DNA from: an uncultured Acidimicrobiaceae bacterium | GTDB taxonomy: Bacteria > Actinomycetota > Acidimicrobiia > Acidimicrobiales > RAAP-2 | Reading direction: 5' to 3' | Assembly: GCA_963835465.1 (NCBI GenBank) | Contig: CAWIFR010000007.1 | Location: forward strand, 494,949 to 558,948 | DNA length: 64,000 bases | Shown: piece after piece, positions 1 to 9,815 of the stretch | How the letters are laid out: the number at the start of each line of letters is the position of its first letter | How positions within the stretch are numbered: position 1 is the stretch's first letter | The notes under the pieces: generated by a model | Database searches by the model: none | What the model was told of the DNA's origin: nothing | The model's input: only the letters and a program-made list of their open reading frames with translations | Position numbers and translations under genes: made by a program

Positions 1-191
1 AAATCCCTCTCGGCCAGGGTAAAGACGATGTCCCGGCTCTTCCAGAGCTCCGTCAGCGAGCCTTTGAGCGTGGCGCGATGGTGGTAGATGATCTCCGATG
101 GAGGCTCAGATGGCGGAACCAACGTGTCCCGGGTGTATAGCGAGCTACTTCCAGGGACGGCGTCATCCCCGGCAGGGCTAGACACATCCAT
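1..191 (-). CDS. ABC-2-type polysaccharide export permease (Wzm/TagG/KpsM-like), N-terminal fragment leaving the window
   Basis: Translated by hand; absent from the ORF track because it runs off the window. ATG at 191 gives MDVSSPAGDD...EIIYHHRATLKGSLTELWKSRDIVFTLAERDF. The L-x-ELW-x-x-R-x5-L-x-RD pattern is the conserved N-terminus of ABC-2 glycan export permeases. Confidence 0.4.
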   Translation of the reverse strand, partial: MDVSSPAGDDAVPGSSSLYTRDTLVPPSEPPSEIIYHHRATLKGSLTELWKSRDIVFTLAERD

Positions 192-316
192 CGACAAGAC
201 CCCCGTACCCAGCCGAAGCTGGCCCTTATTTCGAATACAGATGAACCTTCATGATATCGCATGCCGATCTGCATCTCCAAAGGCAACTAGCCAGGTAGAA
301 CTGATAGAATCTCGAA

Positions 317-1483
317 GTGGTACCTACAAGGGGGCGTTCTACCCGATCGCCCACAGATCGACTGCGGGTTCTGTGGGTAATTAAGTGCCTCGGATATGGC
401 GGCGCCGAGCGCCTGTTGGTGGACATGGTTGCCGCCGGCGACTGCGCGCGCTTCGAATACGAAGTGGCTTATGTCCTACGGGATAAGGACGCCCTAGTTC
501 CTCTCATCGAGGACAAGGGAACACCGGTCCACTCCCTCGGAGCGCCGCGTGATACCGATATACGCTGGATGCTTTCCCTCCGTCGGCTACTCCTCGAACG
601 TGACTACGACGTAGTTCATTTCCACCTTCCCTACACGGCCGCCCTCGGTCAACTGGTGGTAGCTTCGCTGCCCAGGTCGCGGCGCCCCGGCGTCGTCTAT
701 ACCGAGCACAGCATTTGGTATGAGGCACCGTGGATAAGTAGGACCCTCATTCGGCACTCCATGGGTGCCAAACAACGCCTGGTGGCGGTATCGCAAGCGG
801 CCCATGACGCCCTGCCTGCACCGCTCCGACCACGCGCCACTGTGGTGGTTCACGGCGTTGACCTTTCGAACTCCGAGCCCCTCATCAGCGATCGTGCCGC
901 TATTCGGGCCGCCGTCCGATCGGAGCTGGGAGTGGCTGAGGGTGAGGTCCTCTTCCTTACGGTAGCCAACCTGCGAGTTGAGAAGGGTTACGACGTACTC
1001 CTGGACGCTGCCCGGATCGTCGCTGACCGTCAGCTCCCGATTCGATTGGCCGCGATTGGCGAAGGCCCCTTGGAGAACGTTCTCCATTCCCAGCACATCG
1101 ACCTAGACCTGGGAGACCGGTTCCAGTTCCTTGGCCCACGCGGAGACGTACTCCGAATGTTGGCTGGTGCCGACGCGTTTGTGCTGCCGTCGCGTCATGA
1201 GGGACTGCCGGTGGTTCTGATGGAGGCTACGAGCGTCGGCTTGCCGATCGTGGCAACTGCCGTGGGAGGTGTGCCCCAGGTTCTGACTAACGAGGTTGAC
1301 GCGCTCATCGTTCCTCCGGTGGATCCTGAGGCCCTGGCCGAGGCCATCGCCAGACTGTCCAAGGACCCCGCACTACGTGAGCGGCTCGGGAGTCAGGCCA
1401 AGGGCCGAAGCGCCATGTTCAGCATTTCTGCAGCCAGTCTGGCGGTGGGCGAGATCCACCTGGAGGTGGCGGGGTCACGATGA
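317..1483 (+). CDS. Glycosyltransferase, GT4-like (GT-B fold)
   Basis: 388-aa ORF with C-terminal signature RHEGLPVVLMEATSVGLPIVATAVGGVPQV. Its stop overlaps the next GT start (1480-1483). The true start may lie slightly downstream of 317. Confidence 0.85.
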   Translation: MVPTRGRSTRSPTDRLRVLWVIKCLGYGGAERLLVDMVAAGDCARFEYEVAYVLRDKDALVPLIEDKGTPVHSLGAPRDTDIRWMLSLRRLLLERDYDVVHFHLPYTAALGQLVVASLPRSRRPGVVYTEHSIWYEAPWISRTLIRHSMGAKQRLVAVSQAAHDALPAPLRPRATVVVHGVDLSNSEPLISDRAAIRAAVRSELGVAEGEVLFLTVANLRVEKGYDVLLDAARIVADRQLPIRLAAIGEGPLENVLHSQHIDLDLGDRFQFLGPRGDVLRMLAGADAFVLPSRHEGLPVVLMEATSVGLPIVATAVGGVPQVLTNEVDALIVPPVDPEALAEAIARLSKDPALRERLGSQAKGRSAMFSISAASLAVGEIHLEVAGSR

Positions 1484-2658
1484 GCACGCTGAGCGGGAAG
1501 CGCCTGATCCACGTAACCACGGTGGATATGAGCCTGGTACTCCTTCTCGGACGTCAGCTTCAGAAATTTGCCGCCGCTGGAATGGAGGTTATTGGCGTTT
1601 CAGCCCCAGGTCCCTATGTCGCACAGCTGGAGGAGTGGGGGATCCAGCACGTACCTCTTCGTCATTCAACCCGATCGATGGCGCCGAGTCAGGACGCTCT
1701 GCTCCTAACCGAGCTGTGGTCTCTCTTTCGTCGCCTGGGTCCCGACATAGTCCATACCCACAACCCAAAACCCGGTCTCTACGGTCGGGTGGCGGCTCGC
1801 TCCGCAGGAGTTCCGGTCGTGGTGAATACCGTGCATGGCCTGTATGCCGCTCCCGAGGATAGCCTCGCCCGACGGACCGTCTTCTACGCTCTCGAGCGGG
1901 CCGCATCTACCTGCTCTGGAGCAGAGTTGGTTCAGAATCCTGAGGATCTTGACGTACTGAGGCGCCTGAAGGTCCCCGATCACAAGTTGGTGCTGCTCGG
2001 GAACGGGGTGGACCTCGAACGGTTCCATCCCCCCACCGATGAATCTGACGGTCGGAAGGCTCGAGCTGAACTGGGCATTCCCCCCAGCGCCGTGGTGGTG
2101 GGAATCGTCGGAAGACTCGTTTGGGAGAAGGGATTCCGTGAACTCTTCGAGGCGGCAACACAGCTGTCCGCCTCTCGGCCCGACGTGGTGTTCGTCGTCG
2201 TGGGGGCATCCGATCCAGAGAAGGCTGACTCCATACCGGATGACACCCGGGCCCAGGTCAGCAAGAACGCCAATGTCATCTTCACTGGCGGACGGTCGGA
2301 CGTCGAATACCTTTACGCCAGCTTCGACATCTTCGTGCTCCCCTCGTACCGTGAAGGGTTTCCCAGGTCGGCAATGGAGGCCGCCGCCGCCGGACTGCCG
2401 ATCATTGCCACTGATATCCGTGGCTGTCGTCAAGTGGTGGAGCAGGGACGAAATGGCCTTCTCGTACCACTTCACGATACAGACCGACTGACGTCCGCCA
2501 TCGAGGAACTCGTCGACGATCCCGATCTTCGTCGACGAATGGGTCTGGCCAGCCGGCGAAAGGCCGAAGACGAGTTCAATGACCAGGACGTAGTCGACAA
2601 GGTCCTGGCCGCTTACGAGCGACTTTCCTCCGAGGCCACTTCCTCCACTAAGCGCTGA
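1480..2658 (+). CDS. Glycosyltransferase, GT4-like (GT-B fold)
   Basis: 392-aa ORF with signature SYREGFPRSAMEAAAAGLPIIATDIRGCRQVV. Translationally coupled to the upstream GT. Confidence 0.85.
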   Translation: MSTLSGKRLIHVTTVDMSLVLLLGRQLQKFAAAGMEVIGVSAPGPYVAQLEEWGIQHVPLRHSTRSMAPSQDALLLTELWSLFRRLGPDIVHTHNPKPGLYGRVAARSAGVPVVVNTVHGLYAAPEDSLARRTVFYALERAASTCSGAELVQNPEDLDVLRRLKVPDHKLVLLGNGVDLERFHPPTDESDGRKARAELGIPPSAVVVGIVGRLVWEKGFRELFEAATQLSASRPDVVFVVVGASDPEKADSIPDDTRAQVSKNANVIFTGGRSDVEYLYASFDIFVLPSYREGFPRSAMEAAAAGLPIIATDIRGCRQVVEQGRNGLLVPLHDTDRLTSAIEELVDDPDLRRRMGLASRRKAEDEFNDQDVVDKVLAAYERLSSEATSSTKR

Positions 2659-3842
2659 ATCCGCTCATCGGCCGCCCGCCCGTCGTAGCGCTCGAGATAC
2701 CGCTGCTCTGCGGCGTCAGCCAGACGAATCCGCAACTGGACGTCCTCCAACAGGCTCACCACTGCGCCCGCGAAATCTTCCGGATCGTCGGCCACCAGAA
2801 GGTGCACTCCCGGGTCGACCTCCAGACCCTCGGCACCAATAGAGGTGGAAACCACCGGCAACCGGTGGGCGAAAGACTCCAGAATCTTTACCCGCGTCCC
2901 ACTCCCGTACCGAACCGGGACGACGGCTACCGAGGCCCTACTTAGCTCCTCGGCCATGGAGTCCACCCGACCAACCACCGTCACAGAACCTGGTCGCTCG
3001 AGTTGGCGGACCGACGTGGCCGGCGCGCCCACTAGTCGGACCACCGCAGTTGGTACTTTCTCTCGCACCCGAGACATGACCGCATCGACCAGCCAATGGG
3101 CACCGTCCACGTTCGGCGCATAGGTGAGGCTTCCCTGGAAGAGGATCACCGGGGGGCCCTCCCTCGATGGCACGCCGGCCGGGAGGGAGGGAGGTGGATA
3201 GGTATTGGGGACGACGACCACATTGTTCAGGTGGGAACGAGCCGCATCGGCGGTGCTGCTCAGCACCACTCGACGGGCCTGGCCCGCTACCGAGTGCTGG
3301 AACCGATGCCAGTCGTCTGCGTTGCGCCGTGACTGCCAGGCGGCAAGTCGCTCCCGCCAGCGAGGGCCGGTGCCATCCCCGGCCAGCGGTCCGAGTAGCA
3401 GATCGGCCCGGAGTCGCGCCTTGACGTCTTCGAGGTCCATGAGGTCGACGATCGTGGGACCCCAGTCCGGTCGACCGGACCAGGCGAAGGCGGCGGCTGT
3501 GGAGAACCAGACGACGTCATAGGGAGACTGGGCCCACCGGGCCAGGGCGAGCCGAGGGCCGCGGTCGGCCGCCACCTGTGCCACTTCCAGCGGCACTCCC
3601 CTGCGCAACGCCCACGTCACGCGCCAGCGAAGTTGATGGGCGGTCTGCGGATGGTCGACCTGGGTGAAGCGCTTGATGTTGATCAGTGGCGGAACACCGG
3701 AGCTAGCCGATTGATCGTTCCGGTAGACAAAGAGGTCGAGGTCCGACACCGCTGCCACCGACTCCACCATCCGGGCCAGTCGGACGAGGCCACCTCCCGA
3801 CGGAGGCCACGGCATGGCTTCTGCCACCATCAGGGCTCTCAC
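2613..3842 (-). CDS. Glycosyltransferase (GT-B fold)
   Basis: 409-aa ORF with motif RYGSGTRVKILESFAHRLPVVSTSIGAEGLE. Its start overlaps the stop of the upstream minus-strand GT (3839-3842). Confidence 0.8.
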   Translation of the reverse strand: MRALMVAEAMPWPPSGGGLVRLARMVESVAAVSDLDLFVYRNDQSASSGVPPLINIKRFTQVDHPQTAHQLRWRVTWALRRGVPLEVAQVAADRGPRLALARWAQSPYDVVWFSTAAAFAWSGRPDWGPTIVDLMDLEDVKARLRADLLLGPLAGDGTGPRWRERLAAWQSRRNADDWHRFQHSVAGQARRVVLSSTADAARSHLNNVVVVPNTYPPPSLPAGVPSREGPPVILFQGSLTYAPNVDGAHWLVDAVMSRVREKVPTAVVRLVGAPATSVRQLERPGSVTVVGRVDSMAEELSRASVAVVPVRYGSGTRVKILESFAHRLPVVSTSIGAEGLEVDPGVHLLVADDPEDFAGAVVSLLEDVQLRIRLADAAEQRYLERYDGRAADERIQRLVEEVASEESRS

Positions 3843-5044
3843 GGCGTGGCCTCCACGGCACGGACCACGTCGTCAACCTGGTTGAAAGCCACGTCATCCT
3901 GAAAGGACCCCAGATAGAGATCGTAAGCGGCCTGTACCAGGCGACGGCGCAGGGGAAGGTCGGTCAACAGCTGAATACAGGCTTCGGCCATCGCCGGGAC
4001 GGAGTCAGCGATCAGGAGGTGACGCCCTCCCTGGGCATCCAGGCCCTCGGCACCCAACGTGGTCGACACCACCGGGATGCGGTGGGCAAACGCTTCGAGT
4101 ATCTTCAGCCGGGTCCCGCTCCCGAAGCGGAGCGGAACCACAACGACGTCAGCGCGTTCGAGTTGGGATTCGATCTCCGTTACCTGGCCGAGCACGGTCA
4201 CCCCTGCAACGTCGCGGAGCGCCTCGACCACCGGGTTGGTCAAGCCCACGAGGCGCAACTCGGCGTCGGGGACCCGGTCACGGATGAGCGGCATGATCAA
4301 TTTCACGAACCATCGAGCCGCATCGGCATTGGGCGGGTACCGCATTGTCCCTTGGAACAACAAGGTCGGAGGCGACCCGACCGACTCGCGGCCGACCGGC
4401 CGAGCGGGCCGGGGGTAGGTATTGACGATCACCCTCATCCGGCTCAATCCACGGCTGGACGCCCGTGCGGCGTCCAGGGAGCTGCACGCCACCGTGGCGG
4501 CAACACGTCGGGACGCCCGGCGGTAGAGCCAGGTCCAGCGTTGGGCTTCCAGCCTCGACCAGACCCGACCAGGCCAGCGCCTCCACTCCATGTGGGTGAG
4601 GGCGGGGCTTGTCGGCACGCCGAGGCGGGCGCGGATCTTCTCGTCCTCTAGGTCGATGAGATCGATTACCTGCACGGCCCCCACCGGCACGCCGGCAAGC
4701 AGCCAGGCACGCACATCGAAGTACCAGACAAGGTCGTAGGTTCCAGTAATGAAGCGGGCCAACGAACGGCTGACCGTCCGAAGGTCGCGCAGGGGTATCT
4801 CCGCGGGCAGCCCAGGATGGCGGACGGCAGCGAGCGCGATGTTTGCGGATCGGACAGCCACCCGGCCGGTCCTGCTGACGACCAACTCGTCTGGCTCACC
4901 GAAGTCGCTCCGGTCCGTGGGCACAATCGAAAAAAGATCCACGGGACCGACCCGAGCCAGCGCCTTCATGGCGGTGACAAGTCGAATCCGCGAGCCACTG
5001 TTCGTGGGCCACGGATACTCGTAGGCGACTACCAGTGTTCGCAT
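3839..5044 (-). CDS. Glycosyltransferase (GT-B fold), paralog of 2613..3842
   Basis: ORF 3839..5239 trimmed to the ATG at 5044 (MRTLVVAYEYPWPTNSGSRIRL...). Motif RFGSGTRLKILEAFAHRIPVVSTTLGAEGLD. Confidence 0.8.
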   Translation of the reverse strand: MRTLVVAYEYPWPTNSGSRIRLVTAMKALARVGPVDLFSIVPTDRSDFGEPDELVVSRTGRVAVRSANIALAAVRHPGLPAEIPLRDLRTVSRSLARFITGTYDLVWYFDVRAWLLAGVPVGAVQVIDLIDLEDEKIRARLGVPTSPALTHMEWRRWPGRVWSRLEAQRWTWLYRRASRRVAATVACSSLDAARASSRGLSRMRVIVNTYPRPARPVGRESVGSPPTLLFQGTMRYPPNADAARWFVKLIMPLIRDRVPDAELRLVGLTNPVVEALRDVAGVTVLGQVTEIESQLERADVVVVPLRFGSGTRLKILEAFAHRIPVVSTTLGAEGLDAQGGRHLLIADSVPAMAEACIQLLTDLPLRRRLVQAAYDLYLGSFQDDVAFNQVDDVVRAVEATP

Positions 5045-5118
5045 CTGCTCTCGGGGTCTCGATGAGGAACCGGGGTAGCATACCCACCGGCCCGGGGGAT
5101 CCTTTCGGGCGACCTGGA

Positions 5119-6292
5119 ATGAGCAACGTCTTCTCTGGCCCCGCGGCAGTTGCCGTCCAGAGAAGGGAAGGAAGGACGAAGACAGTGGCGCCCCGACGGT
5201 TCGATACGTCCCCGCTGGTGCTGCATGTGATTCCAACACCGATCGGGCGCGGTGCCCAGCGAGCGGCGCGCTCTCTGGCCGACCGGTTGGATGAGTCGCA
5301 CGGGACCCGTCATCTGCTTCTGACGCTGTTCGACGGCGCCACCGACGTGGACGTCGACCTGAATCTCGGTTTCGACGGCCACGGACGCCCAGCGGAGGGA
5401 CTCACACCAACGCTGGTCTGGCGGTTGCGCGGTCTGCTCTCCCGGCTCGATCCGGCTGTCATCGTCGCCCACGGGGGAGACGCGCTCGAAATTCCTGGTT
5501 CCGGCCATGCTCGGGACCAGTCGCAATCTGGTCTACTGCGATATCGGAACGTTTGCTGGACCACGAAATCGAGCCCGATTCTGGCCATGGAAGTGGCTGA
5601 CCCACCAACCGGGCCTGATCGTGGCCGTGGGCCCCGAGGTGCAGGAGGAGTGCGTCAGCCGATTCGGCATCGACCCGAATCGCGTCGTCATGATCCCCAA
5701 CGGTCGTGATCCGAGCGAGTTCCACCCCGATGCCGCACGTTCCCGCTCCGATCGAGAGGTCACGCTCATCTATGTCGGCGCCCTGACCGAGCAGAAGCGG
5801 CCCGGGCACTTTATCGACATCGTCGGCAAACTGCGAGGAAATGGCTACCGGGTCCGGGCCCAACTGGTCGGCACGGGCCCGTTGGCCGGCTCGTTGGTCA
5901 ACCGCGCCCAAACCAACGGAGTGGACCTCCTTGGCTTTCGCTCCGACGTGGCCCAACTCCTCCGTTCTGCCGATGTCTTCGTCTTCCCCAGCCTGCCCAC
6001 GGGCGAGGGCATGCCCGGGGTCCTGGTCGAGGCCGGACTCAGCGGCGTACCGGCGGTGGCCACAGCGGTGCCCGGGACATCGTCGGTCATCGACGACGGC
6101 CATACCGGACTGATAGTCGAGGGATCTGTTCCGTCGATGACCCGAGCGGTGCAACGCCTCCTCGACGATCCAGATCTCAGGACCGCCATGGGCGTGGCTG
6201 CCCGCAACCGATGCACCTCGCTCTTTTCGCTGGACCGGGTCGCCGACCGATGGAGGGCCATCCTCCAGCCATTGGCAGAGACTCAACGATGA
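5119..6292 (+). pseudogene. Glycosyltransferase (GT4-like) interrupted by one frameshift
   Basis: N-terminal half lies in ORF 5035..5709 (PLVLHVIPTPIGRGAQRAARSLADRL...VIVAHGGDAL). C-terminal half lies in ORF 5507..6292 (FVFPSLPTGEGMPGVLVEAGLSGVPAVATAVPG). The frames join as AHGGDAL/KFLVPAMLGTSRNLVY near 5486-5489. Confidence 0.7.
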
Positions 6293-7620
6293 GCAGGACG
6301 TCGACCAGCTAGGGCGGCGCGCCTGAGAGTTAGGGCCTCGGCGCGCCGGAGACGAGCCTTCCGGGGCAGTTCCCACTCGTACCGGGGTTTCCGGCGGCTG
6401 GGTCCCCGGGGTATGCACAGCAGCACCAGGAAGAACGGCATCATGACGGTCCGCTCACGGCTGATCAGGCCCAGATTGCTGAGCGATGCAAAGGCGTACA
6501 GGAAGGCCCCGGTGAAAAACAGGCACAAGGCCACATAGGGCCGTGCCAAGGCCACGCGAGGCACGTACCACAATTGCCGGAGCGAGAACAGGACCACCAC
6601 AAATAGGACCGTATCTTCCAGCGCCGAGATCCATTCGCTCTTGCCGTGAGCATTGAGTGGAGACGGGTCGAACAACACCGTGTAGACGTCCTTCGGATAG
6701 TCAAGGAGGCTGGGCGAATACCCCACAAAGCTGCTGCCGAAGCCGGCGCCACTTCCGCTCGAGCCGTTGTTGGTCGAAATCTTTGTGAGCGACAGGGAGC
6801 CATGGGTTCCGGGCAGGAAATGCAGGGTGACAAAGACAGCCGCGGCCACCGCCGAACCCAGGACAATGAGGGCCACGGTGCGGCGAGGACCTTCGAAGCG
6901 CGAGTTCGGCCCGGCCGGTCGTACCAGCATGGCAACGGTGAACCCTCCCAGAAACAGGAGCACCTCGTTGGGCCGGATGAAGAGTCCCGCGCCGGAACAG
7001 AGGAGTACCAAAGGATAGCCGCGGCCTTTGTGCCGCAGGATTCGAGCACAACCGTAGGCGCTTAGGCCGAGCAGGAACGTCATGATGGCTTCCTTGCTCA
7101 CGTCGGAAGTCCAAAAGACAAGCGTCGGTAGGAAGAAGACGAGCCAAGCGTACCGGCGACGGCCCGCCCCACCGAAGGTGAGAGTGAAGGCCCGATAGAA
7201 ATAGACAATTCCTATGAAGGCCAGCCAGCTGAATATCAGGAAGCCGGCCAGCTGATTGACTCCAACAACGGTAAACACAACTGCCGCCACGATCCCTACT
7301 GCGCCGTCACCGACAATCCCCTTCAGATGGGCCGGGGCCAACGAGAAGTCGAGATGGCGGAAGCCTTGGGACAGAATGGCCCCCTGAGAGTCGTAGCCGT
7401 TGTAGTCGGCTACCCCGTGGTAGATGTGATCGACCACCCAGATCTGTAGCGCCGCGCAGACCAGGTGCAAGATGAGACATGCGGTCAGCGCCGGGACAAG
7501 CCAGGAGTCGCGTTCGGCCACCGCGATCCGACGAATGACGATCCGACCGGCGGCGAACAGCAATAGGCCGACGACGAGCGCCACGACCGGCTGGCTCGGG
7601 ATGGCGGCGTTGTTCAACAT
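6283..7620 (-). CDS. Polytopic membrane protein, candidate Wzy-type polymerase / O-antigen-ligase-like
   Basis: 445-aa ORF with many hydrophobic helices and a Gly/Ser-rich loop (GSSGSGAGFGSSFVGYSP). The function is inferred only from its position between the GTs and the PCP gene. Confidence 0.5.
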   Translation of the reverse strand: MLNNAAIPSQPVVALVVGLLLFAAGRIVIRRIAVAERDSWLVPALTACLILHLVCAALQIWVVDHIYHGVADYNGYDSQGAILSQGFRHLDFSLAPAHLKGIVGDGAVGIVAAVVFTVVGVNQLAGFLIFSWLAFIGIVYFYRAFTLTFGGAGRRRYAWLVFFLPTLVFWTSDVSKEAIMTFLLGLSAYGCARILRHKGRGYPLVLLCSGAGLFIRPNEVLLFLGGFTVAMLVRPAGPNSRFEGPRRTVALIVLGSAVAAAVFVTLHFLPGTHGSLSLTKISTNNGSSGSGAGFGSSFVGYSPSLLDYPKDVYTVLFDPSPLNAHGKSEWISALEDTVLFVVVLFSLRQLWYVPRVALARPYVALCLFFTGAFLYAFASLSNLGLISRERTVMMPFFLVLLCIPRGPSRRKPRYEWELPRKARLRRAEALTLRRAALAGRRPAHR

Positions 7621-7650
7621 GCGAACCGCCCCATGGAGGTGGTCGTCGCC

Positions 7651-9405
7651 TCAGGTCTGGGGATTTGTGCCACCGTTGTCCATCGGTTCCTCTGGGACGA
7701 GTCGAGGAGCGCCCGTTGGGCCTGCCGTGGTTGCGTCCGGCTCGGTCGTCACTGAGGCGAATTGCGGCTCGTGCTCCGAGTTGCCCCCGAGCAAGTCCTC
7801 GGAACCTTCTGGTTCACCGATCGACGATTTGGGTTGCTCCTGTTCGGGTGAGCGGGCGGGAACATTGGCGAACACCAATCCGGCCACGGGGGCGGACAAG
7901 CGCTGAAGGATGTCACCGGTCCGCCGAAGCTGGTCGGAAGTTGTCACACGATATTCTGCGACAATCACAACCGCATCGACCATGGGCACGAGTCCTTCGC
8001 CGTGATGGACGGTCAAGAAGGGTGGAACATCGAAGATGACCAGGTCGACCAGGTCACGAAGAGATTCGATCACCGAAGGCACGACACTGAGCAGCTGACT
8101 GCTGTGTGCGGCCAATCGCTGAATCGGAAGGACTGAAACGCCCGGGACACTGGTGTCCTCAAGCAGGGCCGCTACCTGCGCAGGATCCACCCGAGCCGGA
8201 GCAGTGTAGGCACCATCACTGTCCGTGGCAATGGCTCCCGTGCTGACGACCACTACCCGGCGCCCGGATTCAGCACAGGACGTGGCCAGGTCAGCCCCGA
8301 CGGCTGCCCTTGCCGGTTCCGAGCCGGGAGACGCCACTAGCACCACCTGGCGCTTTTCGGGGCCGGCAGGCAGTTCCGCCCGCGGAGCAGCGGCCGAGAG
8401 AGCTCCTGCAGTTCCTGCTGTCGCCTCGGCCGGCACCAAATCGAGACGGTCGTACATGATATCGATGTCGTCGAGCGACCCACCGCGCTCATGCGTTCGA
8501 TGCGCCAGAGGCTCATGGAGGACGGCAAGCGCCAACATTCGGAATTCCTCGGTCGACCGCACCGAGTGGTGGTGGATCTCGGTCACGACCGAATAGCCGA
8601 AGACCGCCTTTGCGCGTGTGGCAGAACGCAGTCTCTTGTCGAAGAGACTCACGAGGAGGGCCAATGCCGCCCCAAGCAGGACTCCGACCAATAGACCGAT
8701 CAGCCCTCGCACGGCACGGCTGTCGATGATCGGGAGCTTGGTCTGCGTGGCATGCGAGGCCAACTCGAGAATCGTGTATCCGGTATACGGCGTCTCGGTA
8801 GCCAGCTGTGCCTGCCGAGTCTCCAATGCCGTCAGCTCGCTCTCGTAGGCCGTAGCGGTGACGCCGGCCTGGTCCGTTAACCCATTGAGCTGCTTCGTCA
8901 CGGCGAGGATCGAGCTGAACACCTGGATCTGCTGAGCCCTCAGCTGCTGAGTTGCCTCCTCATTCACTTTCTTACCGAGTTGAATGACGAAGGCACGGTT
9001 GAGGTCGACCGCATTCGCCTGGCTTGGACCGGTGGAGCTCACCGTGACTACGCCGCTCACTCCAACGGGCTGCCCATTGGAGTTCGTGGTCGGACCGACG
9101 AATGAGACCCGGTCGCGCAGTACGGCCGTGTTGGTGTTCAGATCAGCCTGCTTACCGGCTGCCGCCAACACTTGGTCGGAGGAGGCGTAGAAGATGATCT
9201 GGTCCGTGGGAACACCTGTAGAAAGCGGGCTCGAGCCCGCTCCGCCCAGGGTGTCCGCGGGCAACGCTCCCACCTGTGATGTTGCCTTCCACTGTGTTGT
9301 ACCACCGGCCGGTAGCAAGAGGCCGAGCAACAGACCAATCAACCCCAGCACCGCCATCAGGCGCCAACCACGCGCCAATGCCCCCCGATAATCAATCGGC
9401 TCCAT
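7651..9405 (-). CDS. Polysaccharide co-polymerase (Wzz domain) fused to a degenerate BY-kinase-like ATPase domain
   Basis: 584 aa. N-terminal TM helix (WRLMAVLGLIGLLLGLLLP), long coiled periplasmic-type region, second TM (LIGLLVGVLLGAALALLVSLF). The C-terminal domain keeps Walker B (DLVIFDVPP), but the Walker A position reads ASPGSEPARAAVGADLA (no GK[ST]). There is no tyrosine in the C-terminal tail. Confidence 0.75.
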   Translation of the reverse strand: MEPIDYRGALARGWRLMAVLGLIGLLLGLLLPAGGTTQWKATSQVGALPADTLGGAGSSPLSTGVPTDQIIFYASSDQVLAAAGKQADLNTNTAVLRDRVSFVGPTTNSNGQPVGVSGVVTVSSTGPSQANAVDLNRAFVIQLGKKVNEEATQQLRAQQIQVFSSILAVTKQLNGLTDQAGVTATAYESELTALETRQAQLATETPYTGYTILELASHATQTKLPIIDSRAVRGLIGLLVGVLLGAALALLVSLFDKRLRSATRAKAVFGYSVVTEIHHHSVRSTEEFRMLALAVLHEPLAHRTHERGGSLDDIDIMYDRLDLVPAEATAGTAGALSAAAPRAELPAGPEKRQVVLVASPGSEPARAAVGADLATSCAESGRRVVVVSTGAIATDSDGAYTAPARVDPAQVAALLEDTSVPGVSVLPIQRLAAHSSQLLSVVPSVIESLRDLVDLVIFDVPPFLTVHHGEGLVPMVDAVVIVAEYRVTTSDQLRRTGDILQRLSAPVAGLVFANVPARSPEQEQPKSSIGEPEGSEDLLGGNSEHEPQFASVTTEPDATTAGPTGAPRLVPEEPMDNGGTNPQT

Positions 9406-9432
9406 CGTGATCCCGTGCCCCTCGTCGTCAGA

Positions 9433-9447
9433 TGGGCATTATGCCCA
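9433..9447. promoter_or_regulatory. Perfect 7-1-7 palindrome TGGGCAT-T-ATGCCCA, candidate operator
   Basis: Read directly from the sequence. It lies about 28 bp upstream of the PCP start codon (9405), inside a lower-GC divergent intergenic region. Confidence 0.2.
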
Positions 9448-9553
9448 GATGCATACCAGGCGGATCACGATACCGACCGGGCCAGCGTAGATCAAGACCC
9501 CAGATTGCCAAATAGCGACCACAAGCAGGGAATTCGTCGCCTGAGTACTGAAG

Positions 9554-9571
9554 ATCCTCAAAGATGAGGAT
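9554..9571. promoter_or_regulatory. Inverted repeat ATCCTCA-aaga-TGAGGAT, candidate operator or small hairpin
   Basis: Read directly from the sequence within the 9406-9815 intergenic region between divergent polysaccharide operons. Confidence 0.15.
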
Positions 9572-9815
9572 GCTCCAGTACGCATGCTGGACTAGCTTGC
9601 ACGACACGTCGTGGCTCAGAGTTGAGGGGGAATTGCAGTGACTAAGTCTCGGTTCCGATTACTCAGTTCGCATCCTGGGCGAGCAACGCAATATCGCACA
9701 CTCTCCCAGTCCGGATAATCTGACGGGACAATGCCGATCGGATTGATCGACAAATGCCGGAACCGCAGTCGGATCCGGACGAGCGAGGAGACTGGAGTGG
9801 CCACCTGGCCGGACC

